Below the pieces are notes generated by a model that was given only the letters and a program-made list of their open reading frames with translations, did no database searches and was not told the origin of the DNA. A DNA stretch of 63,526 nt, counting the filler, from Globobulimina sp. (Eukaryota), in the NCBI GenBank assembly GCA_003354225.1. It is 14 parts of 14 records of this genome, joined end to end, with 100 filler letters (N's around TTAATTAATTAA, not from the genome) between each part and the next. Parts side by side here need not be neighbours in the genome. Positions count along the whole stretch, not along the records: positions 9,099 to 13,544 come from PIVH01001233.1; positions 13,645 to 18,090 come from PIVH01001234.1; positions 18,191 to 22,636 come from PIVH01001235.1; 11 more parts are not named here. One strand, written 5' to 3'. The translations under genes were made by a program, and so were the position numbers. Below, piece by piece: positions 9,505 through 21,400 of this stretch (its first letter is position 1; each line of letters starts with the position of its first letter).

Positions 9505-10816
9505 ATGTCACTCCACACCAAACTGTTTGATATAGATTTTTTGCACTCAGTCAACAAAACATATGACACACCATGATTACATATTCACAGGAATTAATAG
9601 AATATGCAATAAAACAATACCAAAACGCTTTTGGATCGCATATAAAATATGCAATACATTACGCAGTAAAAGCAAATTCTAATTTATCCATTTTATCCAT
9701 CATTAAAAACTTAGGATGCGGATTTGACATTGTATCCATTGGAGAATTACAAAGATGTTTAGAAATTGGTGCTGATCCTGCAAAAATAATATTTTCTGGT
9801 GTTGGTAAAACAGATAAGGAAATAAAACAAGCTCTTGCTGCAAATATAGGATGTTTCAATTGTGAATCGATTGAGGAAATATTTATAATCAATGAATTTG
9901 CCGCATCAATGGATAAAATTGCAAAGATTGGACTGCGTATAAATCCAGATATTAATCCTCAAACTCATCCATATATTGCTACCGGTTTAGCTCACAATAA
10001 ATTCGGTGTTTCAATGACGGAAACATTACAAATATTAAAATTTTATAAAAACAAACAGTTAACAAATATAAATATAATTGGTTTAGGATTTCATATTGGA
10101 TCTCAATTAATGGATATTTCACCAATTTTGCAATCCATCCAATCCATAATACCATTGATTGATAAATTTAATCAGGTTTCAAAAGTACAGCATATTGATA
10201 TTGGTGGTGGTTTAGGAATAAATTATAATATGATACCATTCAAAGCATTAAACAATAATTATAATACCAATCAGGATCAGGCCAATATTGATAAATCATT
10301 AAATAAATATGAATTATATCAGCGATTTAATGAGCATTTATTTAAACCGATTTATAGTTTGCTGAATGGCGTTAAAATGCAACTAAATAAATATAAACAT
10401 TTAACTATTTTATGTGAACCAGGAAGAAGTATCGTTGGTTATGCGGGGATTTTATTGTCGAAAGTATTGTTTGCTGAAAAAAGGGATTTTCTAATTATTG
10501 ATGCATCGATGTGTGAGCTTATCCGCCCGGCATTGTACGGAGCTAAACATCCCATTATTTTGCTCAAAGAAAATGCAGATAATAAGGAATTGAGTGAGTT
10601 AACAATGAGGAATGTTGACATTGTCGGTCCAGTCTGTGAAACTGGTGATTTTTTGGGCAAACAAAGAGAAATATTTAATGTGAATAGAAATGATTTAATG
10701 TGTATTTGTCATTGTGGAGCATATGGATTTTCAATGAAATTAGTATAATAAAACCAAGACAAAGTGTTGCTTCTTTATATAATGATGAAAAACAATTGTT
10801 ACAAAGTAGACTGTAA
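9505..10816 (+). CDS. lysA: Diaminopimelate decarboxylase, bacterial type; disrupted as assembled (1-nt frameshift at ~9573, apparent internal deletion at ~10735)
   Basis: YAVKANSN (PLP lysine), GFDIVSIGEL, KIIFSGVGK, THPYIATG..NKFG, HIGSQ, DIGGG, EPGRS, LIRPALY, VGPVCETGD, GAYGFSM. The N-terminus (MSLHTK..TYDTP) and C-terminus (EISIIKPRQ..QSRL) lie in other frames. Confidence 0.88.
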
Positions 10817-11074
10817 TATTATATTCTATTTTATTTTTTATATTATTGGTAGAAATGACCGATCCTCAATTGACTGATTTTATTTTTCATTTTGTGTGTT
10901 TTCGTGTGTTTTGTACTTGTTTACAAATCAAAAACTTTGTGTTCATTTTATGAGTGGGAGTTGATGATGGTATAATAACTATGTCCGAAAAGATATACAA
11001 CAAAAACGAGTGTGTCAAGACATGCGACGGGAAACAAACAGTCAAACATATCACAAAAAGACAACACGAACACA

Positions 11075-12121
11075 CTAACGAAGAGGAGATCCATTTATAT
11101 TATGAGTAACTTCAGTTATTGTAATATTCTCTATTTCAGTCAAATCCACAGATGTTCCATCATTTGCAGGGTTTGTAGTATTTTGAGTATGTTGCGTAGA
11201 TTGTTGCAATTGAGGCGATGGCTGAGTTAATTCTGTTTTATTTGCTTCAGTTGGTATCGTTTTATAAATAAATTTCTTACAACAACAACACAAATGAGCA
11301 CCGGTAATACAGTGTATTATTGAAATATAAACCTTTGTATTTCTCTCCACCATTATAAACATTGTAAAACATGTGACTGAAAGATCAACGCTAGTAATTA
11401 TTGCAAAACCTAAATGTTCATAGTGTCCATCACTTAGACTTAATGATATGGTAAAACTTATAAGTGATGAAATAGTAACTATCTCTGCAAAAATGGTCAA
11501 TATTAATACTTTACGTAATAATAAATTAACTTTTTTATGCGTAATGCCCTGTTTCCAGTTATTTATTACTGATTTTTTTTGCATTTGCCTTATTTTCACA
11601 ACAAACATAACAATAACAATTATGGCCCATATATAATACCATAATGCATATATTGGCGAGGCAGAATCATCAAATATTTGGTCACAATGCTTCGTCTTTG
11701 GATTTACAGTAATTTTCATTTTTGACACGTTTGTTATGTATGAGGCAATCATTAATAACAAGCCATTTAAATATAAAATAACAAATACACATTTCGGATA
11801 ATCGTGTTTAAAACAATAATGTAATCTGCATATTTGATAGAATGTGAATATGATTTTGATGGTGGTGTAAGATATCCCGTATTTTGTATTCACATATCTG
11901 CAAATTCCCGGTGCTTCGAATGATATCACGAGTATTAATCGTATAATACATGAGAGCATACATAACTGAGAGAATCGTTTTAACCATTTTTGGAATATAT
12001 TGTCACTCGAAACAATGTTTAAAACACAACTAATCAAATCAATACAAAGTATGCAAATACAAATTATCAATGCAAGAAATAACACTAAATACGATAGTAT
12101 TACTTGGGTCAAAGGTGACAT
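11075..12121 (-). CDS. Seven-transmembrane, GPCR-like membrane protein
   Basis: About 7 hydrophobic helices, LCCCC after the last helix and a T/Q-rich tail. Same general layout as 3400-4450. Confidence 0.6.
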   Translation of the reverse strand: MSPLTQVILSYLVLFLALIICICILCIDLISCVLNIVSSDNIFQKWLKRFSQLCMLSCIIRLILVISFEAPGICRYVNTKYGISYTTIKIIFTFYQICRLHYCFKHDYPKCVFVILYLNGLLLMIASYITNVSKMKITVNPKTKHCDQIFDDSASPIYALWYYIWAIIVIVMFVVKIRQMQKKSVINNWKQGITHKKVNLLLRKVLILTIFAEIVTISSLISFTISLSLSDGHYEHLGFAIITSVDLSVTCFTMFIMVERNTKVYISIIHCITGAHLCCCCKKFIYKTIPTEANKTELTQPSPQLQQSTQHTQNTTNPANDGTSVDLTEIENITITEVTHNINGSPLR

Positions 12122-12208
12122 TGTTCACAATTAGAAACAAAGTGTGAGTTAAGTTGTATATTTGGATAACTCCGTCGATTAATATTCAATTTTATAAAGC
12201 TGCATTTA

Positions 12209-13376
12209 TTATAAAGTTTGCAGCTCATAGGCCAATACACACGTCAATCCAATTAAAACATAGGTCAATCTATAATAACAAAACACAGTTTCAGTTAACT
12301 CCTGTCCTGTAATACAAGCATCTTTTTCAACCAACACAAACGACACACTTACAATCAATACAAAACCAATAAACAAATTAATTAGTTTCATATAGAATCT
12401 CTCAAATTGAAACTTATGTATTCCTAAGATATAAATGGCAACAAATATTTCAATCATCCCAATAAAACTCGCAAAGCATAACATCCACCATCCAATGCAT
12501 ATGATGGTGAATAATTCGTCATCGATGAGCAACTTCTGGCCAATAAAATCAATACCAAAGCCATTGCCATATTTAGTTAATGCAATGACGGTAAACAATG
12601 TATTAAACCACAACACAAATGCAATGGTCATGGTTCTCGCATATTTATTATTCAATATGCTCCAAATCACATCAATGCCCAACAACATTGGAAATAAACA
12701 GCCGAGGTTTGATGCTCCGATATATCCGATATAGCAATAACCGTTTTTATCATCAATTGTTACCGAATTATAACAATGGCCGTGTGCATAGACAATGGTG
12801 GCTGCAAAATGTGCACAGCCGCCGGCGATATATAATGAACCGATCATCGATCCCAGCCAGAAATTTCTGAATTCGATGATTTCAAATAATAATAAAAGTA
12901 TACAGGCAAAGAGTATAATAGTCATTGAGCTTAAATGTAATTTATTGTTAATAATAGAATATTTACGTATGAATGCTTGTTGATTGTCATTATTTGCATA
13001 AATATCTAATGATAATATCAATGTGGGAATGCACCAAATAAATAATAACATGGACAATAATAATAATCGCTGTTTACGATCATTTAAATTTAATGTATGT
13101 ATTTTAATGACATCTCGCGACTGCAACTCTTTATCTTCATTACTGTTGGTTATTGAGTACTGATTAAAGGATCGCGAAGACGTACTGATTATCATCATCA
13201 CCCAATTTTGCTAAATGACTTTGGCTTCCTTGAATTGATGAGGTTTTAAGACTACGACCAAGGGATGGAATTAAATGTATTGAACGAATCTCGTTTGGAT
13301 TGTCATACAATTCATCGTCTGAATCAACTGGCGCTACTACTCCTGTTTTAGGTATAAGCTCTTTCTGTTTGTCCAT
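12209..13376 (-). CDS. Multi-pass membrane protein of unknown function (two ORFs joined by a frameshift or a 22-nt intron near 13160-13195)
   Basis: The hydrophilic ORF 13376-13164 overlaps the start of a 330-aa ORF with about 8 TM segments. Confidence 0.55.
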
Positions 13377-13779
13377 TATGAGGAGTAGCTCAGTTCTTAG
13401 TACAAACTCTTTTTACTTGAATATTAGCAAATACATATAATTATTTCGCAAAGCATTTATAAATAATTATTTAATTTAAATTACATAGAACATATGGAAG
13501 ATTCTGACCATCCACATATTTTACAATTGTTATTTGTGATTATANNNNNNNNNNNNNNNNNNNNNNNNNNNNNNNNNNNNNNNNNNNNTTAATTAATTAA
13601 NNNNNNNNNNNNNNNNNNNNNNNNNNNNNNNNNNNNNNNNNNNNTTAAGTGCAATTAATGGAGTATTAATAATAAGTAATACCAAAAAAAAAAAGAACAT
13701 GAATGACACAGTAAAAGCATATAAAACCAAACAAAAAACAAAGTAAATGCATATAAAAGCCAAACAAAAAACAAAGAAA

Positions 13780-14469
13780 TCAAATATTAACAATAAATGA
13801 ACTTGGGCCCGCCTCAATTCGTCGCTGTCTTCTTGTCCTCATTTGATGTCTCGGAGCCATAAATAATTGATCTCTTTGGCTTGGCGGTAGGACATAAGCA
13901 CTTCCTGTTGTAACAGACCGCGACACTGAGGCTGTCCATTCGTATCGATCAGAGGGATGCCTTGGATCGTAATAAACACCGATTACCCGCACCGTGGAAC
14001 TTGGTGAAGAACTGTCGCTTTGCCGCGCGGCGGAACTTGGAGATGAACTGGCGCTTTGCCGAGCGGTGGAACTGGCTGTTACACTGGGCGAAGCACTTGC
14101 GCGTGGACGCCCCGTCATGCTTGCAGCTGAAACACTTGGTGGTGCGGAATCTGGTGGCTCACTGGTGTCCGCCACATTGATATTAATAACTTGGTTGAAA
14201 TTGCCATTCGGTGCAGACATAATAACATTGTTGCGATTCACCGATAAAATTCTGTCACTGCTAATGGTTCTCGTTCTCTCGCTGCTGCTTGGTGACAACG
14301 AGTTGGTGTTTGGTGTTCGTTGATAGCCGTGTGCGGACGGCGTTGCTGTAAAGTTGTGATTGCCGTTGGGTGACGGCGTTGCTCTAAAGTTGTGAGGCCG
14401 CAATGGTTCAAGATATGTGGTTGGAGAGGAGGATGTGATTGGCGACTGTGTGTTTGGCGACGGCTGCAT
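13780..14469 (-). CDS. Low-complexity Ser/Thr/Pro-rich hypothetical protein with short internal repeats
   Basis: 229-aa ATG ORF with repeats HNFRATPS/HNFTATPS and SSTARQSASSSP/SSAARQSDSSSP. Confidence 0.4.
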   Translation of the reverse strand: MQPSPNTQSPITSSSPTTYLEPLRPHNFRATPSPNGNHNFTATPSAHGYQRTPNTNSLSPSSSERTRTISSDRILSVNRNNVIMSAPNGNFNQVININVADTSEPPDSAPPSVSAASMTGRPRASASPSVTASSTARQSASSSPSSAARQSDSSSPSSTVRVIGVYYDPRHPSDRYEWTASVSRSVTTGSAYVLPPSQRDQLFMAPRHQMRTRRQRRIEAGPSSFIVNI

Positions 14470-15286
14470 TCTTTCAGTTAATTTGTATTTTTAAAAAACT
14501 TTAAAATTTTAAAAACCTTGAATGAGCGAACAACGCGTTTCTAATCGGATTAGATTGTAATTCGCAATTTCACAAAGTGCAAGCATTATTAAATAATAAT
14601 ATAAGTAATTCCCATACAAAAAAAATACAGACGCAATTCACCCAAAAAAAAGGAGCATAATGAAACGCTGACGTTGGTATTACCCGAAAATATTGTTGCC
14701 GCATCATCAAATTGTGATTATCATTTGGTACGTTATTAAATTGGTGAACATTGCTCCGAGATTTTAATGCTTGATTGGGAGGCATTTATAAAGCCGAATG
14801 AGTCAATAAATAGGTCACTGCCATAATATTCAATGTATGCACCGGATATTGTCTGTACAGCCGAATTATTAGTAATAAATAAGGGGCCATTTGCAACCGA
14901 ACAATCATAACCATTTAACAAAATCGATGCTGATGGCAATAATTCAATATTTGAATATGACACTATTGAGACATCCATCAAATCAATATTGAGAAAATGA
15001 TTATGAGATATTTTTGTAAATATCAATACCATTGGCAGCCGATATTATGACACCATTACTATTTTGTGCAAATATGGTTTCACTGTCATTGCCAAATATG
15101 ATTGATCAAAACCAGCAATATACATTGTACCATTTCGTGAATCAAATATTAGATTTTTACCATACAAGCGCGATATTTCTGCATTTAATAATTTCATTGA
15201 ATACACATTATTATCCAATGCCACTTCCTCTGTACCACCAATTAGCATTGAATTACGCGATGAACATTCTTCGCATATTTTGAATG

Positions 15287-15321
15287 AAAATGTCATGCAT
15301 TTCAGCTGCAATAACTCATAA
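15287..15321 (+). repeat. Palindromic repeat family, copy 1 (right arm + tail only)
   Basis: AAAATGTCATGCATTTCAGCTGCAATAACTCATAA, identical to 16070-16104. Confidence 0.85.
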
Positions 15322-15477
15322 ACAGAAAATATTTAGTCATGTATTTAATTGATTGATTGATTTATTATATATGTCCGAATACAATAATGAACAGTTGCAA
15401 AACAAAACAATGCGATATATTATAAATTTAATACATTCATTTATTGGCATAATATAAATTAATACATTCAAAATAGA

Positions 15478-15542
15478 TGCAGCTGAAATACATGACATTT
15501 TACAAGAAAATGTCATGTTTTTCAGCTGTAATAACTCATAAT
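15478..15542 (+). repeat. Palindromic repeat family, copy 2
   Basis: TGCAGCTGAAATACATGACATTTT-acaag-AAAATGTCATGTTTTTCAGCTGTA + ATAACTCATAAT; arms 22/24 complementary. Confidence 0.9.
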
Positions 15543-16040
15543 CCTAAAATAATTGATTAATTCTGTTTAATTATCAGTTTGAACTAACACGTTTTGTAGA
15601 AACGGGCCGTTATTCAAATTAATATTAATGTCCATATCTTTAAGTAAAATGTTTCCCGCTAAATCCCTATAGAACAATAAATACGTCGAAGCATTCTTCA
15701 TTGCAAAATTAATAAGCATTGTTCTTTGCAAAATTAAACAGGGTGCCAAAATTAGCATATTGCAAGAATTTATTTCTATATTACATTTATCCACATCCAA
15801 ATTGACGAAATTGTGTTCAGAGCCAGCGAGGAAACGCCGTCCAGATTAATAATATCCGAATATGCGATGGCGATCGGATCATTACTATTATTCTCAGTGA
15901 AATTATTTATTTGAGTTTGAAGCAACATCATGTCGCTTCTTTTCATGGTCAATAAGCCACCACTACATCAACAATCTTTGTACTAACTTCATGAGTCAGT
16001 ATTACAATTTTCAAATCCAACATCCTCCTTTGAAAAAAAA

Positions 16041-16105
16041 TGCAGCTGAAACACATGACATTTTGTTTTAAAATGTCATGCATTTCAGCTGCAATAACTC
16101 ATAAT
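16041..16105 (+). repeat. Palindromic repeat family, copy 3
   Basis: TGCAGCTGAAACACATGACATTTT-gtttt-AAAATGTCATGCATTTCAGCTGCA + ATAACTCATAAT; arms 22/24 complementary. Confidence 0.9.
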
Positions 16106-16609
16106 CGTTCAACATTTATTAAAAAAATCTTCCTCAATAGAATAAGCAACAATCAATGCAACCAACCACTATCCCACGAATGTCAACCAGATTTTCTCGA
16201 GTTTGTGCAACGTCATTCCATTCTTGTCGTTTTTAGCCTGGATATTCGCAGTCTTGTCGTTTGGGCCATTTTAGTTTAAAAGGAATTAGTATACAGTTTA
16301 TGCTGCAACGTGTCTCAATGTGATGTAATTGACTGCCATATATATATTGCATGCGTTACGAGCGATATTTAAGACTCACTGCTATGTAATCGATAATAAA
16401 CTTCTCAAAATAACTGTCTGAATATATGTCCATCATCTGAAATAACAATGACACCGCACTGTTGCTGTTTGGATAAAGTATTCCTGTTATTCATAATTGC
16501 TTAATTGAATATTAATTGACGACCGAATTGTCTGAAGACTAGACACTACTTTTTTGAGGTTAGTAAGTTTGTTTTTTTGCTTAAATCTTTTGTTGTGTGG
16601 CTTAGCAAC

Positions 16610-17773
16610 ATGTCGTCACCAGAAGTGGGTCGTTTGTACACACGTATCATTAATTGGTTAATGAGTGCAGATAGAAACCAGGCGATCTATGATATAATGG
16701 CAATTGAAAAAATAATGGAAAGAATGGCACACGAAAGTGAATTACCTATTACCGTCAACACTGATGGATTTACATTGAAGAAACATTTTGATTTTTGGAA
16801 ACGTGAAACAGAATGGAAAAATATCAAAAAATTGACGGACATAAATAATATAAATTTAGCACAACAAATTATTGTTTCGATGCTAACGATCCATTATCCA
16901 GATATTGTAAATGGGAAAGAAACATCAGTCGCTCATAGTGTCCATTGCATTGGCTCTCATGGTAAAATGGGAGTACATGATCCAAATCCTCCATATAAAT
17001 CACCAGAAAAAACTGAGTCAATGAAGATTATTAGGAAAGGACATTTTGGCGCTGTAGACTGGATGCACGCGGAGAAGAATGTAAATATTTCCACAGAATT
17101 TTTCGAAAAAGGGACATGTTGCACTGTTGCAATAGTAGCCAGTCTCAACACAATGTTAGAATTAATATATAATCGAAATTGGAAGAGGACCGTCTTTAAA
17201 CCACAAACATTGACCAATATTTTCACCGCATTTATTGAGGAAGATTGTGATGAAAAACAACATTACAATCATGAGAAAGAAACCGTGGACTTTGTGTTGA
17301 ATGAGATGATTAGCAAATTGCAATTTCAATATCAAAAAATGTATCCGAAGAATTTAAATGAATTAAATGGCCCAATTTTTGCATTATTACAAGAATTGGA
17401 AAAAGAATGCAAGATTGAATGGTTTTGGCATCGCATTGATGAGATTAGGGATAATGCTCAATATTATCATTTAGTATGTCCGTTATCCTCCGATTTCGGA
17501 ACGATATCACAAAAATCGGTCACCAATGGCTTTAAAACATTGGATAATTTTTTACAAGAATCGGAATTGGTTTGGATCAATGCACGCATGTATAAGAAAA
17601 AAGAACATTGGCTTCATATTGAATCGTTAAAGTTAGAAGCCAAATTTAAACTACTATTTAATCGATTTGTTACGGAGTATTGTATTGAAAATGGTCTGAA
17701 TGAAACTTTGCAATATTGGAAAATAGGAGAAAATAATTATAAACCCTGTGCAGTGCCTGTCGACGAAGATTAA
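16610..17773 (+). CDS. Hypothetical globular protein (~387 aa), family not recognised
   Basis: Long intronless ORF in AT-rich DNA, ATG at 16610, normal amino-acid composition. Confidence 0.6.
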   Translation: MSSPEVGRLYTRIINWLMSADRNQAIYDIMAIEKIMERMAHESELPITVNTDGFTLKKHFDFWKRETEWKNIKKLTDINNINLAQQIIVSMLTIHYPDIVNGKETSVAHSVHCIGSHGKMGVHDPNPPYKSPEKTESMKIIRKGHFGAVDWMHAEKNVNISTEFFEKGTCCTVAIVASLNTMLELIYNRNWKRTVFKPQTLTNIFTAFIEEDCDEKQHYNHEKETVDFVLNEMISKLQFQYQKMYPKNLNELNGPIFALLQELEKECKIEWFWHRIDEIRDNAQYYHLVCPLSSDFGTISQKSVTNGFKTLDNFLQESELVWINARMYKKKEHWLHIESLKLEAKFKLLFNRFVTEYCIENGLNETLQYWKIGENNYKPCAVPVDED

Positions 17774-18190
17774 AGTGATTATGTACTTGCTATTTTTAAA
17801 TTTCTTTCATTATCATAATTTTATATGTTTCTAAATAAAAACGAAGGTATACAACGTTTTTACAAGAGAGAGCAGCATGTACAAAGTTATTCTCTATGGC
17901 TATGCAAGATAGCAACAAAGTCATTTAAATTGTGTCCAATTGCCAAGTCGCGGCATGTACTAATAAATTTCGTTTGCACCAAAACATTCCCATTTGATAA
18001 CGATAATATTATTAATAGTTTGTCGATTTTAATTGCATAGAAATGGATTTGTCATTCAACAGTAATTTCGATGGGCGAGTAAATATGTATNNNNNNNNNN
18101 NNNNNNNNNNNNNNNNNNNNNNNNNNNNNNNNNNTTAATTAATTAANNNNNNNNNNNNNNNNNNNNNNNNNNNNNNNNNNNNNNNNNNNN

Positions 18191-18450
18191 AATTTCAAAG
18201 AATCAGACAATTTTGCTATATTATGAACCAGAATATTCATTGATGCACCATCGCCAATAATATGGTGCATATCAAAAAGAAGTAGTTGTTCTTGATCTGA
18301 TATCGGACAAAGTACCATACGAAAGAGTGGCGGATTCGATAAATTAAAGGGATGTATAAAGCTCTTTATAACTTCTTCCAGCGTATTTCTATCTTTGGAC
18401 ATTTCTTGAATATGAAAATCAACATGATCATGTACTATTTGTACCGGTTT
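18191..18450 (-). CDS. Fragment of a bacterial-type NRPS condensation domain
   Basis: PVQIVH..VDF...FIHPFNLSNPPLFR..LLLFDMHHIIGDGASMNIL, containing the HHxxxDG active-site motif in a typical context. Confidence 0.85.
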
Positions 18451-21400
18451 ATGATTTCTAAACTCAACGCCCAAATTAGTTTTAGTCATTTGATAAAATG
18501 CTTTGCTCACATCCTTTGATCCTAACTTGACTAATTTCCATCCAATGTCCACACCGCATTCTTTTAAATCATCCCCAAACATTTTAACAAATGCGGCAAT
18601 CACAAAGCCGCGTCGTCCCTTTTCTGCAGAACTACGGAGATATTTATCCATATTATGATACAATCGCAATGTCTTCACACCATCGCCATCAGCGATCACC
18701 TCCACTCTCTGCTTATTCTTATTCTTTTTCGTATTACCTCCTCGCGGCGACCTTGCCTTTGTTGTTACATTTTGGCTCTTTTTATCATCCAAATCTGACG
18801 ATGTCTGTGCTTTTTCCTTTGCTTTTTCAAATACAACTTCATATCCATTGGCACGATTTTTCCGCGACGCCGCTGTGATTTGGTTTTTCAACATTGCAAA
18901 CATTTTATTTCCTAATACTTTGTTTGCACATTCAATGATTTTCCATCCTTCGCCAACACCTAAATCACTCAACGCCGCACCAAACTCATTTTTGCTCATT
19001 TGTTTGATGACAAATCCCTTATTTCCATCACTTGCTTCCGCACTGAAAAAATGCCTAAATTCCTGTTATATATTTGCATTTTTATACACATAGATCTGAC
19101 CCAAACACGTATTGCAAATACCTGATACATTTTTATTTTCTTTTTATCCGTCATATCCTGTATTAAATAGCATGCTTTTGGTGCTTCATAGCTGCTCTTT
19201 CTTTGTTTTTTGAATTTCTTTTCTTCAATTTCGTCCTCACTCGGTTTTAGTTTGCTGGCTTTTACAGTTATTTTATACGCACTTGCTTTAGGCTTAGGAG
19301 TGGTGGATATTGTCGCCGCTGCGGCTAACGGTGGTATAGTCGCTGTAGTTGTTGTATGCAACTCGATGGGATCCACTTTCTTTTCCTCCATCTTTGCTTT
19401 GGGTGTTGTCGTGGTCACTTTTGCTTTGCTTTTGGTCGGTGTCTTGACAGCCTTCTCCGCGGCTACTTTTTTGCTGACTTTTACCTTTGGTTTGTCACTA
19501 CTTCGCGGCGTTGAAGTTTTTGGTTTTGGTGATTTTGGTGTTTTTGGTGTGGTGCCTTTTGCTTTTTGCTTTTGTTTGGCTGCATTGGCACTGTTTTTTT
19601 TCTTTATTTTGAGTTTACCAGTTTCTGCATTGCCTTTTTTGCCTATTTTTGGCTTTGCTTTGGCAGTCTGACTAGTCTGTGCATCGATATCCACCTTTTG
19701 TTCATCTGTATTTATCACTTTTTGCGCATTCGGGTTTTCAAATATAACGTCATATCCATTGGCACGATTTTTTCGGGCAGCTGCAGCGATTTGGTTTTTT
19801 AGCATTGCAAACATTCGATTTCCTAACGCTTTATTTGCACATTCGGTTATTTTCCATCCTTCGCCAATGCCTAAATCGCTCAACGCCGCACCAAACTCAT
19901 TTCTTTTCATTTTTTTCACTGCAAATCCTTTATTTCCCTTTGCTCCCTAAACAAGAACGTAAAGTTTTGCTTTTTTAAATTGACAAACAATTCAAATAAT
20001 TATTAGAGCTTAACTTGCGCAGAGAAGAATTTCTCGAAATCTTGGTATAATTTTATTTTTTTTGTGCCTGCATTCATTTCTTCCATCAATTCACATGATT
20101 TTGGTGCTGAATAACTGCTTTTTTTCTTGTTTATTTTTGGTGCCGATGGCGTTGGTTTTGGTTTTGCTTTTGTTTGAGTCTTGTTTTTTGATGTTATATT
20201 AAATGATCCTTGTTTTGGAGCCACCGCAATCTGCTCTTTTTCCTTTGCTTTCTGTTCGGTCGCAATCTCTTCTTTTGCCGCTTGAACAGCAGTCGGTGTC
20301 TTGACCTTTTTTGGTTTAGTTTCAGTTTCTGATTTTTTGGGTGCTGTAGGTAACGGTTTATGTTTCTTTTTTGGTGTAATCTTAAATGCACTGCTTTGTT
20401 TAGCAGCAATTTTCTTTTTTTCCTTCGTTTTATGTTCAGTTTTATTCTCTTCCTTTGCTGCTATCACTGTTTTTGCCGCAATTTGAGTCTGTTTTGGTTG
20501 CGGTGCAGGTGGCGTTTTCTCTTTTTTTTTGCTCGGAGTCGGTGTCTTCACCTTCTCTTTTTTTGCTGTTTTCTCCTTTTCTTTACTTTCAATTTTTTCC
20601 TTTGGTGCTGCTGTCGCATTGTGCGTTTTCTGTTTTTTTTTATATTAAAAAACGTTTTTCATCAATTCCAAGCTCAAAAACACATATACACAAAATACCA
20701 CTTTTTTAGCAATTGGCGTCTTCTCTTTTTTTTTCGTTGCGTTTTCCTGAGATTTTTCATCGTCTTTTTTCGCAGATATCGGACTCGGAGCTGCTATTTT
20801 TTTGGTCGCCTGTGTTGGCGGTCTCTTTTTGTTGATATCCGTCTTATTTATTTTCGGACGAAATTTGGGTTTATCCGGACTGGTCGGCAACGAATTGTTC
20901 CTTACATGTTCCATTTTGGTTTTGCCACTTTCATTTTCTTTCTTTTTCGTATCGCCAATATTTAATTGCTTCATACCACCAAATGGGTCCTCTGCAGTTT
21001 GTAATTGGGGCTCTTTCTTCTTCTCTTTCTCCTCCGTTTTGCTCTCAGTTTTGGTGTTAGTTTGTTTTTGCTTTGGTGCGCTCACAGGATTTAAGGGTAC
21101 CGTTTGTGGGACATTTTTATTTTTATTAGTGTTATTATTGGCGATATTGGGTGAATTTGGAGTGGATGAACTGTTACGTTTGGCTGCGGTATCAATGAAC
21201 GTCAGCTCATATCCGAATTTTTTCGCAGTGGACGCTTGAGCCATTAATTGATTGCGAAGCATAACAAATGACGATTTAGTCACGTTTCGTTTACCTAATT
21301 TGCTTAATTTCCATCCAATTGCAATGCCAGAATCTTTAAAGGAATCACAAATAAATCCGTTTATAATCAAACCTTTGCCGTTCTCTCCCTTAATTCCTTC

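Noticed and set aside
9574-9576. Stop-codon reassignment (TGA/TAA read-through) to explain the broken genes
   Set aside because: The breaks need frame changes rather than read-through, and long conserved genes here translate cleanly and end at TAA/TAG/TGA under the standard code.
14570-15800. Short minus-strand ORFs in contig 4
   Set aside because: They are fragmentary, interrupted by the palindromic repeats and have no recognisable domain. They are probably decayed coding DNA.
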